Positions 47,449-56,364 of a stretch of DNA of 64,000 nucleotides are shown piece by piece. The notes under the pieces are model-generated. The model saw only the letters and a list, made by a program, of their open reading frames with translations, was not told where the DNA came from and made no database searches. Within the stretch, counting starts at the first letter, position 1; every line of letters starts with the position of its first letter. This DNA is from Anaerolineae bacterium (GTDB lineage: Bacteria > Chloroflexota > Anaerolineae > S140-20). The stretch is from NCBI GenBank assembly GCA_027021705.1, contig JALUTT010000048.1, forward strand, positions 1 through 64,000, read 5' to 3'. The position numbers were made by a program, and so were the translations under genes.

Positions 47449-49926
47449 ATGGGCGACTCGGTGACGGCTCATCGGTCTTCCTCCCCTACGGCCAGAGCCG
47501 GGATGCGGGGGGGGCTGGGGCGCACACTCCTCAGCGCTTTTCTTGTTCTGGCTATCGTCCCGCTCAGCGTCGTCAGCTTCCTGGCCTCCGTCCAGGGGCG
47601 GCGCAACTTGGAGCGGGAGTTGAGGGAGCGGCTGATGGCCGTCACCACCCTTCGGGAGCAGCAGATTCAGGACTGGGTGACTGCCCAGCAGCAAGTCCTC
47701 GCCATGCTGTGCAGTGAGCCCACATTGATCGAGGCCGCTGAGGCTCTGGCAAACCCGCCCAGCGATCCAGAAATCCGGACCGCGATGCGCCGCCGTTTCC
47801 TTCAGATCATCAACCAGTACCCTGATCTTGAGCGCTTGCTCCTCCTCTCCCCCGAGGAAGGGCGGGTGCTGGTTGCTTCTGAGGCCTGGAAGGAAGGTCG
47901 GCGCTACAACGATGCGGCCCTGGTGGCAAAGGGGGGCGCTGGGCCCTACACCTACATCTCTCCGGGGACCGACTCCGGTGCCCCTACCCTGGTCCTGGTC
48001 CGGCCCGTCCGGGATGGGGAGCATCGGCGGGTGGGAACCCTGGTAGCCCACCTGCGTCTGGAGGCCCTGGGCAGGATCTTGGCGGAGAGCGTTGGGCTGG
48101 GCAGCACGGGACGCACCTATCTGGTGCTCCCTTCGGGGGAGATCCTGACCCAGGAGGGCTTTCTAACCGGTCAGGATGGTCGGCCGGCCATCCTCAATCC
48201 TGCCGTGGAGGCCGCTTTGCGGGGGGGGAACGGTATCGCCACCTACAAGAACGAAGCCGGTATCCTTGTGATCGGGGTTCACCGCTGGCTGCCCGACCCG
48301 GGGATCGCTCTGATCACGGAGCAGGCCCAGTCGGAGGCCTTCTCCCGCTCTGACGACCTGGCTGCAGCCCTCATCGCCACGGCCCTAGGTGCGGCTCTGC
48401 TGACTGCCATCATCGCTACCGTTGTCACTCGCCAGATCACCCGTCCCATCGTCCGGTTGACGGAGATGGCGGTTCAGATCGCCTCTGGTGACCTGGATCA
48501 GCGGGTCCCGGCCACCCGCCGCGACGAGATCGGCATCCTAGCCCGCGCTTTCAACATCATGACCGCCCGCCTCCAGGTCCTCTACGAGAGCCTGGAGCAG
48601 AAGGTCGCGGAACGAACCCGCCAACTCCAGGAGGCCAACGCCGAAATCCGCTACCAGGCGATCCAGTTGGCCACCAGCGCCGAGGTCGGGCGAATCGTCA
48701 CGTCCATTTTGGACCTGGAGAGCCTGCTTCCCCAAGTCGTTGAACTGATCCGCGATGCCTTCTCCGCCTATCACGTTTCCCTCTTCCTGACGGACGAAGA
48801 TGGGAAGTGGGCCCTCTTGCGGGAGGGGACGGGCGCGCTGGGAGAGCGGTTGAAGCGGGAGGGGTATCGCCTGCCGCTGGATGAGAGCAACTTGGTGGGA
48901 CGGGCCATCAACCGACGTGAGCCCTGCTTGGCCGTTGGGGAGGAGCGCCGAATCTTGGCCGACGTCGAGACCTTTCCTTACACCCAGGCCGAGTTGGTTA
49001 TCCCCCTCATCGTCCGGGATCGCCCCATTGGGGCGCTCAGCGTGCACAGCCTGGAGGAGGATGCCTTCGCTGGCTCCGAGGTGATGGTCCTGCAGACGCT
49101 GGCCGGCCAGGTGGCCATCGCCATCGAGAATGCTCGGGCCTATGCCCTGGAGCGGGAGGCCGCCGAGCAACTGCGGGAGCTAGATCGCTTCAAGACCCGT
49201 TTCCTAGCCAACATGTCCCACGAGTTGCGGGAACCCCTTAACACCATCATCGGCTTCTCCCGGGTGTTGCTCAAGGGGATTGATGGCCCCCTCAACGAGA
49301 TCCAACGGCAGGACATTACCTTTATCCACGACGCGGGCCAGCACCTGCTGGGCCTCATCAACGACATCCTGGACATCGCCGCCATCGAGGCGGGCAAGAT
49401 GGAACTGACGATCCGGGAGGTGAACCTGCGTGCGCTGTTGCAGAGCGTGATGGCGACGGCCAGCGCTCTGGTGCGCGGTCGCCCCATCGAACTCCAGTAC
49501 GACGTCGCCCCCGACCTGCCCGTCGTCCACGCCGATCCCCAACGGCTGCGTCAGGTGATCCTCAAGCTCCTCTCCAACGCAGCCCAGTTCACCGAAGAGG
49601 GAAGCATCACTCTGCGGGCCTGGAGTGAGGACGAGCAGGTCTTCATCAGCGTCAGCGACACGGGCATCGGCATTCCTGAGGCCGATCGGGATCGGATCTT
49701 CGAGCAGTTTCAGCGCCTGGACGGGAAGGGATCCCCCCACCTGGGGGGGGTTGGGCTGGGCTTGGCCCTGAGCAAGGAGTTCGTAGAGATGCACGGCGGC
49801 CAGATCTGGGTGGAGAGCGGCGTGGGCCGGGGTTCTACCTTCACCTTCAGCCTTCCCGTCCGCCCCATCCGATCGGGGGACCAGACCGTGACGGACGGGG
49901 TCCAGAGAGACGGGGTGTCCCTATGA
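47449..49926 (+). CDS. sensor histidine kinase: TM-Cache-TM-HAMP-GAF-HisKA-HATPase
   Basis: DEIGILARAFN; GAF; FLANMSHELREPLN; DTGIGI; GVGLGLALSKEFVEMHGG. Confidence 0.92.
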   Translation: MGDSVTAHRSSSPTARAGMRGGLGRTLLSAFLVLAIVPLSVVSFLASVQGRRNLERELRERLMAVTTLREQQIQDWVTAQQQVLAMLCSEPTLIEAAEALANPPSDPEIRTAMRRRFLQIINQYPDLERLLLLSPEEGRVLVASEAWKEGRRYNDAALVAKGGAGPYTYISPGTDSGAPTLVLVRPVRDGEHRRVGTLVAHLRLEALGRILAESVGLGSTGRTYLVLPSGEILTQEGFLTGQDGRPAILNPAVEAALRGGNGIATYKNEAGILVIGVHRWLPDPGIALITEQAQSEAFSRSDDLAAALIATALGAALLTAIIATVVTRQITRPIVRLTEMAVQIASGDLDQRVPATRRDEIGILARAFNIMTARLQVLYESLEQKVAERTRQLQEANAEIRYQAIQLATSAEVGRIVTSILDLESLLPQVVELIRDAFSAYHVSLFLTDEDGKWALLREGTGALGERLKREGYRLPLDESNLVGRAINRREPCLAVGEERRILADVETFPYTQAELVIPLIVRDRPIGALSVHSLEEDAFAGSEVMVLQTLAGQVAIAIENARAYALEREAAEQLRELDRFKTRFLANMSHELREPLNTIIGFSRVLLKGIDGPLNEIQRQDITFIHDAGQHLLGLINDILDIAAIEAGKMELTIREVNLRALLQSVMATASALVRGRPIELQYDVAPDLPVVHADPQRLRQVILKLLSNAAQFTEEGSITLRAWSEDEQVFISVSDTGIGIPEADRDRIFEQFQRLDGKGSPHLGGVGLGLALSKEFVEMHGGQIWVESGVGRGSTFTFSLPVRPIRSGDQTVTDGVQRDGVSL

Positions 49927-50783
49927 CCACCGTGATCGCGGTAGCCAACCACAAGGGCGGGGTTGCCAAGACCACCACCTGCCTCTCGTTGGGGGGAGGG
50001 TTGGTGGAGCAGGGACAACAGGTGCTGCTGGTGGACTTGGATCCTCAAGCCCACCTGACCGCCTCCTTGGGTATCAAGCCGGAGGGACTGCGCCGTAATG
50101 TGGGCGATGTTCTGTTGGGGCAGCGCTCCCTCGTGGCCGTCAGCCGGGAGACCTCTGTCCGAGGGCTGGATCTGGCCCCGGCTAACCAAGAACTCTTCGT
50201 CCTCGACAAGGTCCTGTACGGACGCCGAGGGTACGAATATCGGCTGCGCGAGGACCTGGACCGGATGTCCGAGCACCTTTACGACGTGATCCTGATAGAC
50301 TGTCCACCGACCTTTGGGACGTTGACCCTCAATGCCCTCACGGCCGCCGATCTGCTCATCGTTCCGGTCCAGTGCGAGTACTACGCCGTCCGCTCGCTCC
50401 ATCAGGTGCTGGAAATGGTCACCCTGGTGCGGCGCAAGACCAACCCCCGGCTTGGCTACCGGCTGCTGGTGACGCTCTTCGACGTGCGCAACAAGGTCCA
50501 CCGGCTGCTCCTGGAGCAACTGCGGGCCCGGTTTTCGGAGACGCTCTTCCAAACCGTCATCCAGGTGGACACGAAGCTGCGGGAGAGCCCGGCCTTTGCC
50601 TTGCCGGTCACCCACTACGCCCCCCGTACTCGGGCTGCGCATCAGTACCGGGCTCTGGCTCAGGAGACGATGGAGGTGGTGGCCCCTCGGACCTCCAGCG
50701 TCCCGACCGTAGCGCAGCCTGCCCAGCCAGAGCCGTCGTCGGTGCGTGAGCCGGTCATCGTGGGAGGCGGGATCGAACCGTAA
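49923..50783 (+). CDS. orphan ParA/Soj family ATPase
   Basis: NHKGGVAKTTT, VDLDPQA, IDCPP, VPVQCE; no parB in the window. Confidence 0.94.
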   Translation: MTTVIAVANHKGGVAKTTTCLSLGGGLVEQGQQVLLVDLDPQAHLTASLGIKPEGLRRNVGDVLLGQRSLVAVSRETSVRGLDLAPANQELFVLDKVLYGRRGYEYRLREDLDRMSEHLYDVILIDCPPTFGTLTLNALTAADLLIVPVQCEYYAVRSLHQVLEMVTLVRRKTNPRLGYRLLVTLFDVRNKVHRLLLEQLRARFSETLFQTVIQVDTKLRESPAFALPVTHYAPRTRAAHQYRALAQETMEVVAPRTSSVPTVAQPAQPEPSSVREPVIVGGGIEP

Positions 50784-50842
50784 GATAGGGGCGCGGGATA
50801 CGAGCGTGCGACGAGAGGCGCGAGCTTAGGAGTGAAGAGGCA

Positions 50843-53605
50843 ATGCCTGACGATCGGTTAAAGCGTTCCTTGGAAGAGCTCTTCTCCGATCTAACCCCAC
50901 CGGCCCCGGAGGGGGAGCCCGAGGCGGCCATCCCCCCATCTCTGCCTCCTGAGGAACCGCCCTCGAGGCCGGAGGTTGCCCTCCCACCGACTCCGTCGCC
51001 GGAGCCTATATCCGTTGCCCCCATCGAGGAGCCTTCCCCACCCCCCGGATGGATGCAGCGCCTCTCCCCCCGCCACTGGCGGCTACCGGCCCGGCTGTTG
51101 AGCCTTATGCTGCTGGTCACCCTGCTGCCCCTGATGATCCTCTCACTGCTCTTCTTCCGTGAAGGGGCGCGCGTCGTGGAGAACAGCGAGTTGCGCAACA
51201 TGGAGGCCATTGCCACGGGCCTGGCTCACCAGATAGACCAGTTGCTCTCTGATATGACCAGTGTGACCTCTATACCTGCTGATGAGGCTCCTGAGTTCCT
51301 CGTCCGGCTGCCTGCTGACCGAACGGACCTGATCGAGACCCTGCGGATCTTCTACAACGTGCCGGAGGATGTCGAAGCGTACCGGGAGGCTCGGGCCCGC
51401 TTGGAAGCTCTGGGCTTGTTAAAGCCTCTGAAGGCCGTGCATAGGGAGTTCCGAGCGATCCAGGAAGCCTATCACACCTTTGAGTCTATCTGCATCCTGG
51501 ATGACGCTGGCTACTGCCTGGCCGCCACCGACCCCAAGCTGGTTGGCCGTTCCTTTGCCACCAAGCGTTTCTACCAGATGGCGATGGAGGGCCAGGCTTT
51601 TACCTCCGACATCGAACCGGAGCTAGCGACCGGGCGCTTTGGCGTCGCGTTTGCCCGGCCCATCGTCGCCGACGATGGACGAATTCTGGGGGTTCTTGTC
51701 GCTCGCCTGGATGCCACCCCCATCTGGCGGATTCTGGAGGAGGTCTCCCTGGAGCCGGGGAGCTACGCGGTCCTGGTCAACCGGGACGGCATTATCATCG
51801 GCCACTCCGAGCGGGGGAACATCTATCAGAGCCTAGGGCCACTGTCCTCTGCCGTGCAGGAGGAGATCCGTCAGAGCCGCCGTTTCGGCGTGGAGGCGAT
51901 GCGGGACCTGGGGTTGCCTCAGGTTGCCGAGGCGCTGGCAGCCGCCAAGGGTCCTGGGCACATCCAATACCAGCGGGGAGATCAAGTGGAGTTCATGGGG
52001 TTCGCTCCCCTCCAGCAGCACACCTGGGTGGTGGGTGTGGTCAAACCCCAAGCCCAGTTGCTGGCCCCGCTGGGCGCTTTGGCCAACCGAGCGCTGGTGA
52101 TCGCCCTGGTCGTCGGGCTGATCGCCGGCGGTCTGGCCCTCCAGTTCAGTCACACGATCACCCGCCCTATCCTCCGGCTAACCGAGGTCGCCACCGCCAT
52201 CGCCAGCGGGGACTTGCGGCGAGAGGTGCCCATCGAGCGGGAAGATGAGATCGGTCTGCTGGGTCGGGCCTTCAACCGGATGGCGGCCCAACTGCGGGAG
52301 TTGATCGGAGGGTTAGAGGCCACGGTGGCCGAACGGACTCGGGCCCTTCAGGAGGCCAACTACCACCTCCAGAAGCGGGCCATCTACCTGGAGGCCAGCG
52401 CCGAGGTAGCCCGGGCCATCACCTCCATCCTCGACGTGGACCAGATGCTCCAGCGGACGGTAGACCTGATCCAGGAGCGGTTTGGCTTCTACCACGTTTC
52501 CATCTTTTTGGTGGACGAGGCGGAGGAGTGGGCTGTGGTACGGGCCTCGACGGGAGAGGTGGGGCGGATTATGATGGAAAAGCCCCACAAGCTGCGGGTG
52601 GGTGGACGCAGTATGGTGGGATGGACGGCGGCCCACCGGCAGCCCCGCATCGCCCTGGACGTGGGGGCCGATGCGGTCCACTTCGACAACCCGCTGCTGC
52701 CTCACACCCGTTCGGAGATGACGCTCCCCTTGATGATGCGGGGGCGGCTCCTGGGCGTGCTGGACGTTCAGTCCACCGAAGAGGCGGCCTTCGACGAGGA
52801 TGACGTGCGGGTGCTGCACAGCCTGGCCGACCAGATCGCCATCGCTCTGGAAAATGCCCGCCGGGTCTCCGACGAGGCAGCCCTGCTGGAGGCGACCAGC
52901 CCTCTCTACCGAGCCAGCCGCCGGTTGACGGAAGCGGTCTCCGCCGACCAGGTGGCAGAAGCCTTCATCGCCTCGGTGGTTGCCACCGAAGCCGATGGAT
53001 GCCTCGTCGGGCTTCTGGAGCCGCCGGATAGCGAAGAGCCGGATGCGGTCCACTTCATCGGCTCCTGGGGACGGGATGGAGTGGCCCCTGTCCCCGCCGG
53101 CTCCCGCTTCCCCCTCTCGGCCAGCCCTATCTCCGTCGCCTTCCTGTTGGAGCGTCAGGTGCTGTCCGAGATCGTCGAGGCTACCTCGCTCTCGCCCGAT
53201 CAGATCGCCTACCTGCAACGGGTGGGGGTGCAGGCGCTGATCAACATCCCCCTTCAGGGCGGCAAGAGGAAGATCGGCTTCGTCACCATCTTCCGAAAGC
53301 GCTCAGGCTCTTTCTCGGAGGCCACCCTGCGCCTGTACGAAGCCCTGAGCGGTCAAGTGGCAGTGGCCCTGGAGCGGGTGTGGCTCCTAGAGATCGCCCG
53401 TCGGCAGGCCGAGGAGGAGGCGGCACTGCGCGCCCTCGGCGATCGCCTGGCCCGGGCGGTGGATATGGAAGTGCTCCTCCAGAGCGCCGCCGAGGGGTTG
53501 GAACAGGCCCTGCGGGCCGGAGGGGTCTACATCGAGCTAGGCCCGGCACCGTTGGATGCGGACCTGCCGGGAAATGGGCGGGGAGGGGACAAGCGCCCAT
53601 CTTGA
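50843..53605 (+). CDS. membrane receptor: Pro-rich N-terminus, Cache, HAMP, two GAF, terminal GAF fragment; no catalytic output
   Basis: Two TMs; EDEIGLLGRAFN; RFGFYHVSIFL...PRIALDVG.DAV.FDNP.LPHTRSEM. Confidence 0.88.
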   Translation: MPDDRLKRSLEELFSDLTPPAPEGEPEAAIPPSLPPEEPPSRPEVALPPTPSPEPISVAPIEEPSPPPGWMQRLSPRHWRLPARLLSLMLLVTLLPLMILSLLFFREGARVVENSELRNMEAIATGLAHQIDQLLSDMTSVTSIPADEAPEFLVRLPADRTDLIETLRIFYNVPEDVEAYREARARLEALGLLKPLKAVHREFRAIQEAYHTFESICILDDAGYCLAATDPKLVGRSFATKRFYQMAMEGQAFTSDIEPELATGRFGVAFARPIVADDGRILGVLVARLDATPIWRILEEVSLEPGSYAVLVNRDGIIIGHSERGNIYQSLGPLSSAVQEEIRQSRRFGVEAMRDLGLPQVAEALAAAKGPGHIQYQRGDQVEFMGFAPLQQHTWVVGVVKPQAQLLAPLGALANRALVIALVVGLIAGGLALQFSHTITRPILRLTEVATAIASGDLRREVPIEREDEIGLLGRAFNRMAAQLRELIGGLEATVAERTRALQEANYHLQKRAIYLEASAEVARAITSILDVDQMLQRTVDLIQERFGFYHVSIFLVDEAEEWAVVRASTGEVGRIMMEKPHKLRVGGRSMVGWTAAHRQPRIALDVGADAVHFDNPLLPHTRSEMTLPLMMRGRLLGVLDVQSTEEAAFDEDDVRVLHSLADQIAIALENARRVSDEAALLEATSPLYRASRRLTEAVSADQVAEAFIASVVATEADGCLVGLLEPPDSEEPDAVHFIGSWGRDGVAPVPAGSRFPLSASPISVAFLLERQVLSEIVEATSLSPDQIAYLQRVGVQALINIPLQGGKRKIGFVTIFRKRSGSFSEATLRLYEALSGQVAVALERVWLLEIARRQAEEEAALRALGDRLARAVDMEVLLQSAAEGLEQALRAGGVYIELGPAPLDADLPGNGRGGDKRPS

Positions 53606-53616
53606 TTCCCTCGATA

Positions 53617-53726
53617 TTCAGCCTACCCTCCCGCAGGTCACCGGTGGAGGGCGCTTTCAGCCCCGATGGGCTATTGGGAAGCACGGTTTCGCGTCGGAAA
53701 CGCGCCTAACCTGCGGGAGGATGAAC
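53617..53726 (-). repeat. dispersed ~110-bp REP/MITE-like element, inverted
   Basis: Reverse complement of 27119-27227 and 33596-33704. Confidence 0.9.
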
Positions 53727-53945
53727 CGTTGCGAATCGTCGGTGTCCGTATCGCGTTAAATCCGGTAGTGGTAGATGAGGGCCCCTTGGGAACGGGAGGT
53801 AGCGGCATGGGGGCGACAGCGGTTATCATCCTCCCGCAGGTCACGCGCTGCCCGGTGGTAGCAATAGCTCATCGGCGGCGGCCTGGGATGCCCTTCAGGC
53901 CGTGGGGAGGACCTGTGGGAGAGTCCCTGAAAAAGGAGCTGTCCC

Positions 53946-54605
53946 ATGATCTCTCGTCCCCTGTCTCGAGAACGATACGTCCTGCTCACCCTCGCCCTGG
54001 TGCTGGCTTACAACTTCTCGGCCTCGCTTGTGGGATGGGGGTGGATCACCGCAACGGTCATCTCGTTCGGCGTGGTCGCCCTCAACGTTGCCTACACCTA
54101 CCGGTATCGGGATGGGCTGATCGGTCGCCTCGTGCTCTTCGGCCTGGCCGCCGGGTTCACGGAGCTGCTGGCCGATTGGTACCTGGTGGTCTTCACGGGT
54201 ACCCTTGTCTACAACCCAGGGGGACCCTTTCTGGTGCGTTCACCGCTCTACATGCCCCTGGCGTGGAGCGTGGTGCTGGTCCAGTTGGGGTTCATTGGCC
54301 ACTGGCTGACCCGGCGGATCGGGCTACCGGCAGCGATGCTGGCCAGCGGCTTGATCGGCGCGGTCAACATTCCGCTTTACGAGGAGTGGGCCCGGAGCGC
54401 CCAATGGTGGACTTACCAGGATACGCCGATGTTCAGCGCGACGCCCTACTACATCATCCTTGGCGAGTTCCTCATTACCCTGGTGCTTCCCTTTATCCTG
54501 AGGGAAGTCGAGCGTCGTTCGCCCCTCCAAGTGGTGTTGCTGGGGATCGGACAGGGCTTGTGGATCTGGTTTTCGTATGCCTTGGCCTTCGGGCTGGTCG
54601 GCTGA
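53946..54605 (+). CDS. multi-pass membrane protein of unknown function
   Basis: About 7 hydrophobic segments; AGGAG RBS; conserved-looking ELLAD, PLYMPLAW, PLYE.WA. Confidence 0.8.
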   Translation: MISRPLSRERYVLLTLALVLAYNFSASLVGWGWITATVISFGVVALNVAYTYRYRDGLIGRLVLFGLAAGFTELLADWYLVVFTGTLVYNPGGPFLVRSPLYMPLAWSVVLVQLGFIGHWLTRRIGLPAAMLASGLIGAVNIPLYEEWARSAQWWTYQDTPMFSATPYYIILGEFLITLVLPFILREVERRSPLQVVLLGIGQGLWIWFSYALAFGLVG

Positions 54606-54651
54606 TGGGGTCGTGTTGATGGGGTCTTGATGGAGCCGTTGGAGACGACGC

Positions 54652-56361
54652 ATGGCTACAGGACCGCGATTTCACTCGCTCTCACCTGAAGAAGAAGAAA
54701 GGCGTCTGGAGCTGTTGCAGATCATTCTGATCGGTCAGGCCGTCGGGGCTGCCCTCATCGGGCTAGCGGTGATCGCGGTGTGGTACTTCAACCCCTCCCC
54801 GCTCACCTTCATCACCATCTTCCCGCCCTGGTTGGCGCTGCCCATCTGCGCCTTTGCCTACTGGCTGGCCCGACGAAAGCGCCTTTACCTCGCCACCTAC
54901 TTCTACATCATCACCACCGTCTTCCTGGTGGCCAGCGGCATCTACCTGGTGGGAGGCGCTCAGGGGCCGATGGCCTACTTCTTCATCTGGTTCATCCTGG
55001 TGGCCGGGATGCTCATTGACGTGCGGGCCGCCTTTGAGGTCGCTGCCCTGGTCACCGCCATTTACCTCTTCTTCACCTTGGGGGAGTTGGGAGGATGGAT
55101 TGTGCCACCGATGGACGTCTACCAGCGGGTGGCCGAGTACATCTTCCCCGGCTTCGCGATGTTGCTCTTTTGGCTGGTGGCCCTGCTGACCCGTCTCTTC
55201 AGTGGCAGCTTGCAATCGGCCCTGGACAAGGCTCGGCAGTTGACCGCTGAGTTGCAGGCCCACCGGGAGGAGCTGGAGGAGCAGGTCGCCCTGCGCACGG
55301 CGGACCTGGAGCGCCGGGCCGTGCAGATCCAGGTGGCGGCGGAGGTCGCCCGCGATGCCACGGCGGTTCTCGACGTTGAAGCGCTGATGCGCACCACGGT
55401 GGAGCGGATTGGCGAGCGTTTCGGCTTCTACCATGTCGGTATCTTCCTGCTGGACGAGGGGGGCGAGTACGCGGTGCTGCGGGCAGCCTCCTCGGAAGGG
55501 GGCAAGCGGATGCTGGCCCGGGGCCACAAGTTGAAGGTGGGGGAGGAGGGCATCGTCGGTTACGTGGCCGAGACCGGCCGGCCCCGCATCGCCTTGGACG
55601 TGGGGGAGGATGCGGTTTGGTTTGACAACCCGGACCTGCCTCACACCCGTTCGGAGATGGCGTTGCCGCTGAAGGTGCGCGGGCGGGTCATCGGCGTGCT
55701 GGACGTGCAGTCCACCCAGGAAGCCGCCTTCAAAGAGGAGGACATCCCGGTGCTCCAGCTCCTGGCCGATCAATTGGCTACCGCTCTGGAGAACGCACGC
55801 CTCTTCGCTCAGGCCCGGTCGAGCCTGGAAGAGCTGAGCCGTCTCTACCAGGCGATGACGGGAGAGGCCTGGCGACGGTTCACAACCTCCTGGCCGGACC
55901 TGCGCCGATTCCAGCGGGGAGCCGACGCGGTGCCGGAGGAAGCCTGGCGGGACCTCTTCGCCCAGGCCCGTTCCCAGGGACAACCGGTGAGGGGGTTCTG
56001 GGAGAATGGTGAGGGGGGCTGGTACCTGTTGGCTGTGCCGGTCAGGCTGCGCAACGTGCCCATTGGGGTGGTGGGATTCCATCGTCCTCAAGAGGCCGGC
56101 GAGTGGCGCAGGGAGGAGATCGTCTTCGCCGAGAGCTTGGCCGAACGGGTTGCCCTCTCCCTGGAGAACGTTCGACTCTTCGAGGAAGCCCAACGCCGCG
56201 CCCAGCGGGAGCAGTGGATCAGTCAAGTGACCGCGCGGATGCAGCGTTCTCTGGACTTGGAAACGGTGATGCGGGCGGCCGTGCGAGAGATCGGTCAGGC
56301 CATCGGGGCTGCCAAGGTGCAACTGCGGTTGAGGACGGATGGTCTGGAGCAGGAAGGGTGA
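54652..56361 (+). CDS. multi-TM receptor with coiled coil, GAF and split-GAF tail; no catalytic output
   Basis: About 6 TMs; RTADLERRA; conserved GAF; LAVPVRLRNVPIG...ALSLENVRLFEE. Confidence 0.88.
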   Translation: MATGPRFHSLSPEEEERRLELLQIILIGQAVGAALIGLAVIAVWYFNPSPLTFITIFPPWLALPICAFAYWLARRKRLYLATYFYIITTVFLVASGIYLVGGAQGPMAYFFIWFILVAGMLIDVRAAFEVAALVTAIYLFFTLGELGGWIVPPMDVYQRVAEYIFPGFAMLLFWLVALLTRLFSGSLQSALDKARQLTAELQAHREELEEQVALRTADLERRAVQIQVAAEVARDATAVLDVEALMRTTVERIGERFGFYHVGIFLLDEGGEYAVLRAASSEGGKRMLARGHKLKVGEEGIVGYVAETGRPRIALDVGEDAVWFDNPDLPHTRSEMALPLKVRGRVIGVLDVQSTQEAAFKEEDIPVLQLLADQLATALENARLFAQARSSLEELSRLYQAMTGEAWRRFTTSWPDLRRFQRGADAVPEEAWRDLFAQARSQGQPVRGFWENGEGGWYLLAVPVRLRNVPIGVVGFHRPQEAGEWRREEIVFAESLAERVALSLENVRLFEEAQRRAQREQWISQVTARMQRSLDLETVMRAAVREIGQAIGAAKVQLRLRTDGLEQEG

Positions 56362-56364
56362 GAC

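Noticed and set aside
49923..50783. Chromosome or plasmid partition locus
   Set aside because: No parB, recognisable parS or replication gene nearby; embedded in a signalling operon
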